DNA from: Escherichia phage vB_EcoM-Ro121c4YLVW
Length of the DNA: 64,000 nucleotides
Sequence record: NC_052654.1
Direction: 5' to 3' (one strand)
Of the stretch, positions 53,990 through 63,353 are shown piece after piece. Both the position numbers and the translations under genes were made by a program. Below the pieces are notes generated by a model that saw only the letters and a program-made list of their open reading frames with translations, did no database searches and was not told the origin of the DNA. The stretch's first letter is position 1; each line of letters starts with the position of its first letter.

Positions 53990-54187
53990 TTAACCCCCTG
54001 TGTACAGTGTTGAAAGATACACAGCAAAAGCATTCTCGGCTGTTTTAACCTCCTCTTCAAGATCTTCACGCTCTGCTGGCGTTAGCGCATTTCGCACAGC
54101 AGCGTCTGCTTCTCGGATTTTTCTTACTAAACGTGAAACATCTTTCAGTTGTTGAAAAGTAGCCATAATCTTCCTCCTTTTAGTCAA
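53990..54187 (-). CDS. hypothetical protein
   Basis: ORF track. Confidence 0.4.
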   Translation of the reverse strand: MTKRRKIMATFQQLKDVSRLVRKIREADAAVRNALTPAEREDLEEEVKTAENAFAVYLSTLYTGG

Positions 54188-54479
54188 ACCAGTTGTATTC
54201 GGAAGGGTAACGAGCGTAGTTTGGCTTGTACCCCAGTCTTTTCATCTTAACAGACATACGAGTGAAGCCAAAGGTTGTTTTGCCCTTAGACATAAACTTC
54301 TTCCCACTCTTCATTGGCTTCTTAGGGTTTTTGATCGTCTGGTGTAACGCTCGCGCAAGCCACAAAGTGTATGCGCTCGGCACTTGATTAACTTTCATCT
54401 TGTTACCTTTCATCGAAACCTCCTCAGTGAACTTCGTGCCAAGTGCCAAACTCTTCTGCTGATACTTTAGGAACGGCAT
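54180..54479 (-). CDS. hypothetical basic protein
   Basis: ORF track. Confidence 0.4.
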   Translation of the reverse strand: MPFLKYQQKSLALGTKFTEEVSMKGNKMKVNQVPSAYTLWLARALHQTIKNPKKPMKSGKKFMSKGKTTFGFTRMSVKMKRLGYKPNYARYPSEYNWFD

Positions 54480-54651
54480 GAGTTTCTCGGTATTTGTTTA
54501 AAGCTTTCTCAATGGCTGTAGCAAAAACATCTTGTGATTTATAAGGCATATAATAAGAGCGTCCCATGTATGCCACTGCATCACGTAATTCTTCTGCTTG
54601 CTCTTGTGTAACTGTCAATGTGATAGTAACCATTATTTCACCTCCGACCAA
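54424..54651 (-). CDS. hypothetical protein
   Basis: ORF track. Confidence 0.35.
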   Translation of the reverse strand: MVGGEIMVTITLTVTQEQAEELRDAVAYMGRSYYMPYKSQDVFATAIEKALNKYRETHAVPKVSAEEFGTWHEVH

Positions 54652-54932
54652 TCAATAGTGATCCACTCGTATGCCCCGTTCAGATCCATTTCTTTATAAA
54701 CAATAAGCCCACGCTCACGAAGAATTGCTACTGCTTCATCCATCCACTTCACCTGATTGTAGATCTCCCCTGGGTGGGTAGGGGAATTATCCAGACCAAA
54801 ATCAGATGGCGTGAAATTTCTTGAAGAGTTTCCCGCTCGTGCTTCAGCAAAACATGTCTCGATCACTTCTTCAACAGGGAAGTTGAAGGAAGCTTCTTTT
54901 GCAATACGGCGTAACTGTTCGGTCAGATTCAT
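54633..54932 (-). CDS. hypothetical protein
   Basis: ORF track. Confidence 0.4.
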   Translation of the reverse strand: MNLTEQLRRIAKEASFNFPVEEVIETCFAEARAGNSSRNFTPSDFGLDNSPTHPGEIYNQVKWMDEAVAILRERGLIVYKEMDLNGAYEWITIDWSEVK

Positions 54933-54959
54933 TTTATTCTCCTTTCGTTGTGCGAAACA

Positions 54960-55397
54960 TTACAGCAGATCTAATGCTTTCAACTCTTCTTTCAATGATT
55001 CAGGCAGGTCACATTCAATGTCAATCAGAGATAACAAGTGACCAACAATGCCTTCCAGATGTTGATACTCACTATAACTTATAAATTCAGAATTGTAAAC
55101 AGAAACATCCTTAGTTTCTTTCACAACTTCCCCCGCAGACACGCACATAAAAAAGTTACGCTCTCCGCGAGCTAACAATATCTCCCAACTTCTGAACGGA
55201 TACTGTCCAGCTTCAATAATATCTCCGCTGTCCAATAAGGTCAATGAGCAAACAGACCCTGATTCACTAACATCTTCGACGCGGAAACAAGACCCTTCAA
55301 TCAAAGCTGCCATTTTGAAATTTTCATCAGAGATCATAGAGAAAGCTTCACATGCAGCTTTGCTTTTGAAACAGTAAACAGCATTAATTTTAAACAT
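54960..55397 (-). CDS. hypothetical protein
   Basis: ORF track. Confidence 0.45.
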   Translation of the reverse strand: MFKINAVYCFKSKAACEAFSMISDENFKMAALIEGSCFRVEDVSESGSVCSLTLLDSGDIIEAGQYPFRSWEILLARGERNFFMCVSAGEVVKETKDVSVYNSEFISYSEYQHLEGIVGHLLSLIDIECDLPESLKEELKALDLL

Positions 55398-55409
55398 AAC
55401 ATTCTCCTT

Positions 55410-55868
55410 TTAAACAAAAGATACGCCGATGGTAGCAACAACCAAACGTTTATAAACTTCAACCTCTTCTGTAGGATTAGCCATTTTATGCTCCGCTGCT
55501 TCTTTCAAAGCTTCTTCATAATTTTGAGATCCAGAAATACAGGTGTCACCAGTCATTACAACATACCACTCTTCTTTTGTTGTATCAACAGGTTCTTCTT
55601 GGGGTTTTCCACGACCACCACGAACACCACCGTCAACAAAATAATCTATATGAGCAGAATTGATTATGTAACGATCCCCATCACCAGCAGTGATAATACC
55701 ATCTCTCATACCTATTACAACCATTGACAAGATATTACCATTTGCATCAGTGCTCAACACCTCGAAAAAATTCTCTCCAATGATAGCCGCAATACTGTTA
55801 TCAAAGGTAGAATATAGTCGCATATAATCCTCATCCTGGAAACGGTAGACATGACCTTCTTTAAACAT
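55410..55868 (-). CDS. hypothetical protein
   Basis: ORF track. Confidence 0.45.
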   Translation of the reverse strand: MFKEGHVYRFQDEDYMRLYSTFDNSIAAIIGENFFEVLSTDANGNILSMVVIGMRDGIITAGDGDRYIINSAHIDYFVDGGVRGGRGKPQEEPVDTTKEEWYVVMTGDTCISGSQNYEEALKEAAEHKMANPTEEVEVYKRLVVATIGVSFV

Positions 55869-56322
55869 TGCTCTCTCCTCCTAGTTCATCATACCATTTC
55901 AAAGCGTCTTTTGGAAGCATACCAAAATCTTCTTTTAGCTCTTTTTCAATCTCTTCTTGCATTTCCATCAGCATTTTCAATTGACGGACTTTTTTGTGCA
56001 TAGCCACATTCCTTTCATTAAGGTTTGTCACTACATTATTTGCACGACTCGGTGGAAACGACAAAGGTTTCACGGGAAGATAATCTTCGATATTATCTAG
56101 TGCGTTACGAAAATTATGATCCAAGAAACGCACATCTACACGATTGTAATCGGCAGCTACAACAGTGAACACTTTAAACGGCACATTGGATAAAGTATGT
56201 TGCACACAGACAGTACCCATATTACCTTCAATTTTACTGGTAACTTCCAGCACACCTGTATGAGCACTAACATAATCGTGAACACATTGCACATAGGCTG
56301 CCAGTATAGTGAATTGTCTCAT
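55861..56322 (-). CDS. hypothetical protein
   Basis: ORF track. Confidence 0.45.
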   Translation of the reverse strand: MRQFTILAAYVQCVHDYVSAHTGVLEVTSKIEGNMGTVCVQHTLSNVPFKVFTVVAADYNRVDVRFLDHNFRNALDNIEDYLPVKPLSFPPSRANNVVTNLNERNVAMHKKVRQLKMLMEMQEEIEKELKEDFGMLPKDALKWYDELGGESNV

Positions 56323-56567
56323 TTTCTACCTCCCCATAATGCTAACATTTTATTGAAAATGGAAACGCGTCGTGCGCGAGATGCCATATCATAATTCATT
56401 CTTTCCGTCTCTGCAAGAAATTGATCTACGGTAATCAACGCTTTTGTCTTCTCTTTCAGAGTTTGCATATTCATCCATTCACATTCAGAGTACCAATTAT
56501 CGAAATACAAACTATCGAGAAGATCCATTGCTGCTTCATTCTGTTGTGGTGTGATCATTGCACACAA
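56319..56567 (-). CDS. hypothetical protein
   Basis: ORF track. Confidence 0.4.
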   Translation of the reverse strand: MCAMITPQQNEAAMDLLDSLYFDNWYSECEWMNMQTLKEKTKALITVDQFLAETERMNYDMASRARRVSIFNKMLALWGGRK

Positions 56568-56570
56568 CCC

Positions 56571-56792
56571 TTAATAGACAATTTCATATTCGTGAGGAAA
56601 GAAAACATAATCTTCCCCTTCTCGTGCATCTATCTCGTCCCAAAACCATTCCTGCACTTCCATCATCTTCGAGAATCGCACATGAGCAAGCCCACTGTAT
56701 TCCACCGTAGCTTCCAACACAAGTGGGAATTTTGCACGGGTAAGTCCTTTATAACCACCATCATTCTCAATACGAATTTTCATGCGTTTCAT
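56571..56792 (-). CDS. paralogous family B member
   Basis: ORF 56571..56801 with probable start at second Met; MKIRIENDGG...VQEWFWDEID...DYVFF. Confidence 0.45.
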   Translation of the reverse strand: MKRMKIRIENDGGYKGLTRAKFPLVLEATVEYSGLAHVRFSKMMEVQEWFWDEIDAREGEDYVFFPHEYEIVY

Positions 56793-56793
56793 G

Positions 56794-57003
56794 TTATGCA
56801 TCCTTCAGACCCTTAATAAAGTAACGACCAACCGGATTCCCTCGGAAGTATTCGTTAATGAAATCGATAACACACGTTTCACTGCCTGTCACAACGGACG
56901 GCTTAAAGTTTTGGAATTCTACAGCTACACGGCTGGCTTTAGCCAGTGCTTGCACACGTGTAGGATCAGTCAAGAACATTGTGACAGTTTTCAAATTCTT
57001 CAT
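56794..57003 (-). CDS. hypothetical protein
   Basis: ORF track. Confidence 0.4.
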   Translation of the reverse strand: MKNLKTVTMFLTDPTRVQALAKASRVAVEFQNFKPSVVTGSETCVIDFINEYFRGNPVGRYFIKGLKDA

Positions 57004-57052
57004 TTCATCTCCTCATTGGCTATCTGCTATGTCATCCATTATACAAACATCT

Positions 57053-57436
57053 TTATTCAATGCAAGCATTATTTGCATCTTCAATGCGATCTTTCACCCA
57101 TTGCACACGAAACTTGTTGGTATGACACGCTAAAGCTATACACTCTGAAAGGTAATCCATGCAATCTGCATTGAACGGAAGATTGTAGTCCAGCCCTGCA
57201 CATGTAAATTGTTTCCTCATTTCATATTTCAAACGGTCTAACAAATGATCACGCCATCTTCTATCTTCTTCTCTAGTTGTCTCACCAACAAAATCATCTA
57301 CATAGTCTACCAGACAACCACATAAGCCACTCGTTGTGCGATTCATTGCAGGATAGTTGGCAATCCATGCTTTATAGAAGCGAAGCAATGTTGCACTACT
57401 CAACGGAATACTATTTGTCATTTTTCTCTCCTTCAT
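57053..57436 (-). CDS. paralogous family A member
   Basis: SD AAGGAGAG; motifs FYKAWI, GLCGCL, LPFN, VQWVKDRI. Confidence 0.5.
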   Translation of the reverse strand: MKERKMTNSIPLSSATLLRFYKAWIANYPAMNRTTSGLCGCLVDYVDDFVGETTREEDRRWRDHLLDRLKYEMRKQFTCAGLDYNLPFNADCMDYLSECIALACHTNKFRVQWVKDRIEDANNACIE

Positions 57437-57755
57437 AATCTTGAATTCTATCTAGCACCCATTGTATACGATGTTTGTTTTTATGGCAAATATGTTTTTT
57501 ATGTTCGAAGGTGTATTCCTCATAACCACCTTCATTAAACGGGAAATTGTAATCCAATCCTGCACCAATAAACTGTGATTTCATCTCCTGTTGTAGACGA
57601 GGTAACAGTTCATCAGGATATGTTCCCTCTACATACTTAATCAAACATATGCACAAACCACTCGTTGTGTGACCTTCTACCTCACCAGCAAGCCAAGCTT
57701 TGTAAAACTTCATTAGACGTAAACTGCTCAACGGAACATTTTTACTCTTTTGCAT
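57411..57755 (-). CDS. paralogous family A member
   Basis: SD GAGGAGA; motifs FYKAWL, GLCICL, FPFN, IQWVLDRI. Confidence 0.5.
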   Translation of the reverse strand: MQKSKNVPLSSLRLMKFYKAWLAGEVEGHTTSGLCICLIKYVEGTYPDELLPRLQQEMKSQFIGAGLDYNFPFNEGGYEEYTFEHKKHICHKNKHRIQWVLDRIQDYEGEKNDK

Positions 57756-57759
57756 GACA

Positions 57760-59270
57760 ATCTCCTCTCATCGTTAGCCATCTTTCATGGCAATCATCAA
57801 TCACCAACATCATACGATCAATCTTAGGGAATTACAATCGAATTATCATAGGGGATTCCTATCAATTATCCCATATATACCGATTATTTTTGACACCCCA
57901 CTCTTGTATAAAAAGTAACCCAAAATATCTACGGGGAGAGATTATTTCGGGACACCCTGTTTCATAGCAATCATGGCAAGAATATCTAATAGAATCAATA
58001 TGATATGGCAAAAATCATGGCGCATACGTAAGAAGTGCTTAACGCGAATTTTCGGGCCGTCAGGTCCACGCAGCGACAATTCCCAAATATCATGCGAATG
58101 AGAATAATTATCATTCGTATTCAATGACTTATGCAAGGCTCATGCCAACATAGCGACAAGGTGGGCCACTTGATTATAAATCACACAAACACTTATTTAT
58201 CAATGGTTTGGCAACTTCATCATATGACGGAACAATGTCAACTGATCCCGCTCATGACAAGCAGACTATTATTTATATGAGAATGATTATTATTTAAACG
58301 TTTATTAACATATAAACTAAAATAAATCAAGAATTTTCTGATTTTATTTACGTTTAAGAGAAGGTGCTCAACATATCGCTACGCGATAGTATTCGCCCCC
58401 AAAAGATTAGCCTTTATTTTCTTGTATGTTTATACACTGCGTGTACATCTATGTGCACACTATGCAACCTGTCGCTATTCGCTCATGTTGCTACGTGCAA
58501 TTATTCATCTTGCTAATGATTTCATATTGTAACTATTACAATGACTATTGTTATTGCGCTAATGTTATGATCTTGGTAATTACATATAATGCTAATAATA
58601 AGCCAGCGCAATAAGTGTAAGCGTCATTACGCTTGCAATTATTGCAAGCTACGCAGTAACAAGAAATAACCGTCACCGATGGTTATGATTGTTGGGGTGT
58701 AGTTGGCTTATTATTAGCTCGCTATGTGTCCGGCATAGCGTGCTAATGATGACTCTGTGAATGATTCGTTTTGTAATGATTTCATTCAGGCACTATTTTG
58801 CTAATAGTTATTATTTTAATGGTTTCGTTTGTTATTGTTCGTTAGTTGGTTGTTTTGTCGTGTTATCGTTATCTTGCTTAGTATTCATCATGGTTTGATT
58901 GTTTGTCATTATCAATCATCTTGCTATTATTCCTTTGATTATGATTAGTTTGCTTATTGTTTTAGGTTGTTGGTTGGTTAGTTGTTGCGAACTATTATCA
59001 ACATTATAGTTATGCACTTATATTGCATAGATAAACATGGATAGATGATAATGGTTATCATTGCACCAGAAAGGAGGTAAAAGGGTGTTTTTGATGGTTT
59101 GTTGTTGGTTGTTGATCGATTTTAACCGCTTTAAATGGCTCTCTAACAGCCTGTTACCCTGGGAGGTATGGTTATTCATTTAATGGTTGATTAGCTTGAT
59201 ACCACTATTTATTCAGTTTTGTTCTGTGTCGGTTTTCCATAGGCGGAATCTATCAACATTGTTCGGGCAA
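57760..59270. repeat. 1.5-kb non-coding, repeat-rich region (GCTAAT-type short direct repeats, palindromes, G+T-skewed tract)
   Basis: No credible ORF; repeated gctaatg / gtaatgatttcat / ttgttattg motifs; palindromes aagcgtcattacgctt and cttgcaattattgcaag; long GT-rich tract 58800-59000. Confidence 0.5.
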
Positions 59271-59297
59271 AAAGAAAGGGCGCTTGGTGCGCCCCTT
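59271..59297 (-). terminator. intrinsic terminator GGGCGC-ttggt-GCGCCC + TTTCTTT (minus strand)
   Basis: Direct reading. Confidence 0.55.
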
Positions 59298-59310
59298 GTT
59301 TTGTTGTCGA

Positions 59311-59730
59311 TTATAACGCTTCATAGATTGAGTAGATCCGGTTTGCCAGGTCATTACGAAAGCGGAATTTTTCATCACGTTTAATCATCAGATCCTTAAA
59401 ACCGCATTCTTTCAAGGCTTCATTAACTTTATGGCGGCAAACGTTCATATTATCCTGCGCGTCACCAATAAACTTATTACTGTGATGCATTGCTTTGATC
59501 TCTTCCTCTAATACCAGGGCAACTACACGGACCGGATCAAGCTGATATGCGGTAACATCCATGCGGCATTGTAAACGGCTTTTAACATCGTTTACAGGAT
59601 ACACTGCAACCTCTTCCCCGTCAACGTTCACGATAACCAATTTACCATCGATTTCGAAGCCTTTGGCGGCGCTACCGTGACAAAAAGCGTTATCGAAGGA
59701 GTAAGCTGGATTATTTGATTTAATGTTCAT
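59311..59730 (-). CDS. hypothetical protein
   Basis: ORF track; own promoter and terminator. Confidence 0.5.
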   Translation of the reverse strand: MNIKSNNPAYSFDNAFCHGSAAKGFEIDGKLVIVNVDGEEVAVYPVNDVKSRLQCRMDVTAYQLDPVRVVALVLEEEIKAMHHSNKFIGDAQDNMNVCRHKVNEALKECGFKDLMIKRDEKFRFRNDLANRIYSIYEAL

Positions 59731-59775
59731 GATGTTGTCCTTTGTTTCGTTTCGTTGTTTGCTGCCAGTAAGTTA

Positions 59776-59804
59776 AATATAATATAACGCCGATCCCCTG
59801 TCAA
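59776..59804 (-). promoter_or_regulatory. sigma70-like promoter TTGACA-N17-TATATT (minus strand)
   Basis: Direct reading. Confidence 0.55.
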
Positions 59805-59837
59805 TAGGGGATAGCGCATTATTTACATTTCTTTACG

Positions 59838-59865
59838 TTAAAGGGCGCTTAGTGCGCCCTTGTAT
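59838..59865 (-). terminator. hairpin GGGCGC-ttagt-GCGCCC (terminator between monocistronic units)
   Basis: Direct reading. Confidence 0.45.
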
Positions 59866-59869
59866 AATC

Positions 59870-60238
59870 TTACTTTGTGCTGTTGTAAACGTTATCGCGT
59901 TCAACCATCAGGGCAAGGCGGATCAGTTGATCAGTTGTATCGCTTAAGCTTTTAGGCCATGTTTTACTGTTCCAGCTATCAAGATTAGATTGAATATATG
60001 TATCAATGGCTTGATCCATGTTGTCAAACAAGTTTTCTTCTAAGCTCTCGGCTGTTTCACACTGGAAAGCATTAGCCACACTATTAATCAGTAAGCAAGC
60101 CAGTAAATCAGCGTTACGCCAATTTTTACGGATAGTTTCATCTGTCAGATAACCAACGAGATTAACCTTTGCGCCAGTGGTGGACGTTGCGATCACTTCT
60201 TGCGCTTTTTCAACTGCTTTAATTGCTGATTTGCTCAT
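59870..60238 (-). CDS. hypothetical protein
   Basis: ORF 59870..60316 with start moved to Met after AGAGGAAAATAAA; upstream part overlaps promoter. Confidence 0.45.
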   Translation of the reverse strand: MSKSAIKAVEKAQEVIATSTTGAKVNLVGYLTDETIRKNWRNADLLACLLINSVANAFQCETAESLEENLFDNMDQAIDTYIQSNLDSWNSKTWPKSLSDTTDQLIRLALMVERDNVYNSTK

Positions 60239-60287
60239 TTTATTTTCCTCTTTGTGGGCTTGCTGTATTGCTTGCCCTACGAGATAA

Positions 60288-60316
60288 ATAATAATATAAG
60301 GGTGATCCGGTGTCAA
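60288..60316 (-). promoter_or_regulatory. sigma70-like promoter TTGACA-N17-TATTAT (minus strand)
   Basis: Direct reading. Confidence 0.55.
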
Positions 60317-60490
60317 TAGGTAGAATTGTAAAGATTCGATAGTTTATCTCTTTGATGTTTTGTTGTTTGATAGGTGTTAGCTATCAATATATAGCGGGGT
60401 CGTCCGGTGATTATCTTCCCTGTTGCCAGTGCCGCCCGTTCAATAAGCATAACAAAAAACAGGACAAAAACAAGCCCTGTTTTGTAAAGA

Positions 60491-60694
60491 TTAGATGATC
60501 TGCATATCCTCCACGATAATTTCTAATTTCCAAACAAGATGATCTAAGCTCCCTGATAAAAATGATTCCGATACATAACCGCCATCGGATACCGTAGCAA
60601 GGATCTCGCCATTTGCTTGCTCTTTGATTTGAACATCCAGGCGGTTAGCCTTTGCTTTATTCAGGACGGCGATCAGGCGGTTAGCTGTAGTCAT
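60491..60694 (-). CDS. hypothetical protein
   Basis: ORF 60491..60745; first 17 codons are translation of the leader hairpin repeat, so start moved to internal Met. Confidence 0.4.
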   Translation of the reverse strand: MTTANRLIAVLNKAKANRLDVQIKEQANGEILATVSDGGYVSESFLSGSLDHLVWKLEIIVEDMQII

Positions 60695-60699
60695 GGTGT

Positions 60700-60728
60700 T
60701 TCCTTCCAGTGGTGAGCGGCACCATTGC
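60700..60728 (-). repeat. GC-rich 5'-leader hairpin repeat (GTAGGGCGGCAATGGTGCCGCTCAC family), copy 1
   Basis: Near-identical copies at about 62040, 63285 and 63650, each 10-30 nt upstream of a minus-strand start codon. Confidence 0.55.
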
Positions 60729-60777
60729 CGCCCTACAAAACACATCTTACACTATCCGGCACATTGTGCAAGCTATT

Positions 60778-60969
60778 TTAAATCTTATCGCCAATATAAT
60801 CTGATCTGTTCTTCTCTGTCATGCGCTTTAATAATTCTTGCATATTGCTTATAGCTTGCAAGGTGTCTTCTTCCAGACTTGAATCAACATAATCAGGATC
60901 ATTCTTCACCTTGCTATAGTTGTGATAGCGTAACGCTGCTAATACCTTTCTAACTTGTTCCACGTTCAT
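60778..60969 (-). CDS. hypothetical protein
   Basis: ORF track. Confidence 0.4.
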   Translation of the reverse strand: MNVEQVRKVLAALRYHNYSKVKNDPDYVDSSLEEDTLQAISNMQELLKRMTEKNRSDYIGDKI

Positions 60970-61115
60970 AATGTACCCTTAAAATAGTGTGCCGATGGAA
61001 GATAGCAGGTCACTAACAACTAAAACCAGATCTACTATCACATATCTAATCAGGAAGGGGATAAGCGCCAGCGTCGCTACTATGATCCCCATTGTGATGA
61101 TCACCTTTCTCATCG

Positions 61116-61400
61116 TTAGCGGCTTACGTAGGCTTTACCGTTTACGGTCATCGGTATGGCTTCAAGGTCTGGATCTTCCTTAAGGTCGCGTGCAAGCTCA
61201 CCGCAGCGGATACCCTCGAATCCGTGATATTCTGTTACACCGTCGTTAAATGTTTTAGCGGCAAGGCATAGGCGATAATTAACGCCGATCCGGTTTATTG
61301 CGTTGATATCGGTTAGCGTGATGGATTCTGGCAACTCATTAGCCAGTACAGGCGCGTTAATACCAACAACCAGGGCAACTACTGCGATCATCTTTTTCAT
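61116..61400 (-). CDS. secreted protein (signal peptide)
   Basis: ORF track; MKKMIAVVALVVGINAPVLA. Confidence 0.45.
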   Translation of the reverse strand: MKKMIAVVALVVGINAPVLANELPESITLTDINAINRIGVNYRLCLAAKTFNDGVTEYHGFEGIRCGELARDLKEDPDLEAIPMTVNGKAYVSR

Positions 61401-61454
61401 GTGTCTATCCTCTTCCTATTGCGTTTAATGGGGCGTTACCGCCCCGCTTATGGT

Positions 61455-61691
61455 TTATTGATTGATGTTATGATGAAAGTTATTTTCTTCAATAGCTTTT
61501 AAAATAAAAGCCGTGATCGCTTTCGTGTCTACTTGTTCGAACGTATCAGAATAAGCCCAATAATAATCATCCCCTACTTTCGGCGGGTAAACCTGGACAA
61601 GGAGATCGCCACCTGGTTGATCTATAAGCTCAACATGCAAGCCGGATGATTCAGCGGTTTTAACGGCGTTTAATACTGTTGCAATACTCAT
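61455..61691 (-). CDS. hypothetical protein
   Basis: ORF track. Confidence 0.4.
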   Translation of the reverse strand: MSIATVLNAVKTAESSGLHVELIDQPGGDLLVQVYPPKVGDDYYWAYSDTFEQVDTKAITAFILKAIEENNFHHNINQ

Positions 61692-61735
61692 AATCTTTCC
61701 CTTTCTGATGTGGGGCGTTGCCGCCCCTTTGTTGA

Positions 61736-62035
61736 TTAGATCGCTGTTTCCAGTAGTTCGGCTAACGTCTTACCGCCTGATAGTTGGTCTAACGTTTGCT
61801 CTTCTGGCAAGAAATTAGCTGATATTAATCCGACTTGATTTCCTTTGTGCCAATTAGCTTGACGGATGATTCCATCCTTTAAAGATTTTACCGCCATTGT
61901 GCAACCGTCGCCAAATGATTCATTTTTATGATCCATTACTTCATAAGCGCCCAGCTTGCTGCTGTTAGGCACCATTAATGCGAATACATCACCAACAACC
62001 AGTTTTTCTACGGTAACAATAGCGATAGTTTCCAT
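61736..62035 (-). CDS. hypothetical protein
   Basis: ORF track. Confidence 0.4.
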   Translation of the reverse strand: METIAIVTVEKLVVGDVFALMVPNSSKLGAYEVMDHKNESFGDGCTMAVKSLKDGIIRQANWHKGNQVGLISANFLPEEQTLDQLSGGKTLAELLETAI

Positions 62036-62116
62036 TTTACTTTCCTCATTATCGGCGGCACCATTGCCGCCCTACGTGGTAAATATTAGCACACTGGCGA
62101 TCTGTGTCAATACTTT

Positions 62117-62503
62117 TTATTCAATATAAATCAAATTATCTTCACCAATGTAAGCCGACACGTTCGGCATAAACTTAGCTGCATTGGTTAGGCGGTTCGC
62201 CGTGTTAGTGGTGTATATTTCAGGGCGATCCCAAAAGCCTACGCCGTGACTGTTACGGGTAAAATGTAAATCATTCCCGATCTGGTTGGCTGTTGCGCCG
62301 TCGCTCATTGCCTCAGAGATAGCGGCATTATTGGCATCACAAAACGCCGCCACGTCACGTATGATCCGCTGATGGGCTTGATCTGAAAATTCATAATCAG
62401 TCATGTCATCTATAAAATTACCTTCATGATCCCTTGCGGATTCAGCAAAAATAAAGGCTTCTTTATAACCGTTGATGATTTCAATAATGATTTCTGTTTT
62501 CAT
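62117..62503 (-). CDS. hypothetical protein
   Basis: ORF track. Confidence 0.45.
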   Translation of the reverse strand: MKTEIIIEIINGYKEAFIFAESARDHEGNFIDDMTDYEFSDQAHQRIIRDVAAFCDANNAAISEAMSDGATANQIGNDLHFTRNSHGVGFWDRPEIYTTNTANRLTNAAKFMPNVSAYIGEDNLIYIE

Positions 62504-62724
62504 GCTGTACGCTCGACAATAATAATGGTTTGCGGTATCTCGTTTTCTACTACTAATAAGGCTTTTTTCTGCGTGATAGATATTTTAACACGTTGTAAAG
62601 TAGCGGTAAAATCTTTCATTTCATTATGCGCGGATTTAGTGCAATGCCAGATCTCAGGCTTACCTATTTGCAAGCCGCGTAAAAATTCTGTTTTACCTGT
62701 CTTATTCGTGATCATTTGATTCAC
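62500..62724 (-). CDS. hypothetical protein
   Basis: ORF track; ATGA overlap. Confidence 0.4.
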   Translation of the reverse strand: MNQMITNKTGKTEFLRGLQIGKPEIWHCTKSAHNEMKDFTATLQRVKISITQKKALLVVENEIPQTIIIVERTA

Positions 62725-62902
62725 CTTAACCGATACCGTGGGAAGATAGGATCATATTAGCCATAGTTGCAACCACTCCAACCGATAACGCCAGGCCCAC
62801 TATTACAACCGTGAAAATTTTCTCTAACATGATTCTACCCTCATTAATGGGCGTTGCCTTATTGCCCCGCCCTACGAAATACATTCTATCAGATAACAAA
62901 TT

Positions 62903-63049
62903 ATCGTCAAGATTTATTTTTTACTTCCCAAACGGAAAATTCGCTGCCTGTTGGGATCATCTTTTTAATCTTGTTTGCTGCCGCTACCAGGTCAACGGCT
63001 TGCACTGTAATAATATAACCAATTGTCGAGGCTGTTGCGTTGAAAGTTT
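62903..63049 (-). CDS. small hypothetical protein (about 48 aa)
   Basis: Minus-strand ATG downstream of hairpin GGCGGGA-TTAA-TCCCGCC. Confidence 0.25.
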
Positions 63050-63097
63050 TCATTATATTACCCTTTAATACAGGCGGGATTAATCCCGCCTTGTTGA

Positions 63098-63268
63098 TTA
63101 CTCTTCATCGTCGCCGTTATAGTATTCAATGCCATTTTCATCGGTTACGGTGATGTTAACGCCACCGATAGCAACACGATCACGGGCAAACGTCATGGCT
63201 TCATTTAAATCTTCAGACCAAAAAATATTGTGACCTTTGCGCGATACATAAAACATAGTCGGGATCAT
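63098..63268 (-). CDS. hypothetical protein
   Basis: ORF 63098..63352 with start moved to internal Met (upstream codons are the hairpin repeat). Confidence 0.35.
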   Translation of the reverse strand: MIPTMFYVSRKGHNIFWSEDLNEAMTFARDRVAIGGVNITVTDENGIEYYNGDDEE

Positions 63269-63353
63269 GATTTGTTTCTCTTCTGTTGTGAGCGGTGGAC
63301 CATTCCGCCGCCCTATGTGGTAAACTTTACTACGTTGTTTGCGTGCTGTCAAA

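Noticed and set aside
57942-58614. ORFs 57942..58136 (-) and 58426..58614 (+) within the non-coding region
   Set aside because: No SD, highly biased composition (Cys/Tyr/Asn-rich low-complexity product), isolated from gene blocks.
57760-59270. Possible CRISPR array in the repeat-rich non-coding region
   Set aside because: Repeats are short (6-13 bp), irregularly spaced and not separated by uniform-length spacers; no regular repeat-spacer periodicity.
60695-60745. N-terminal extensions MCFVGRQWCRS / MYLVGRQWCRS / MTARKQRSKVYHIGRRNGPP of ORFs ending at 60745, 63689 and 63352
   Set aside because: These peptides are translations of the repeated GC-rich leader hairpin; real starts are the downstream Met codons.
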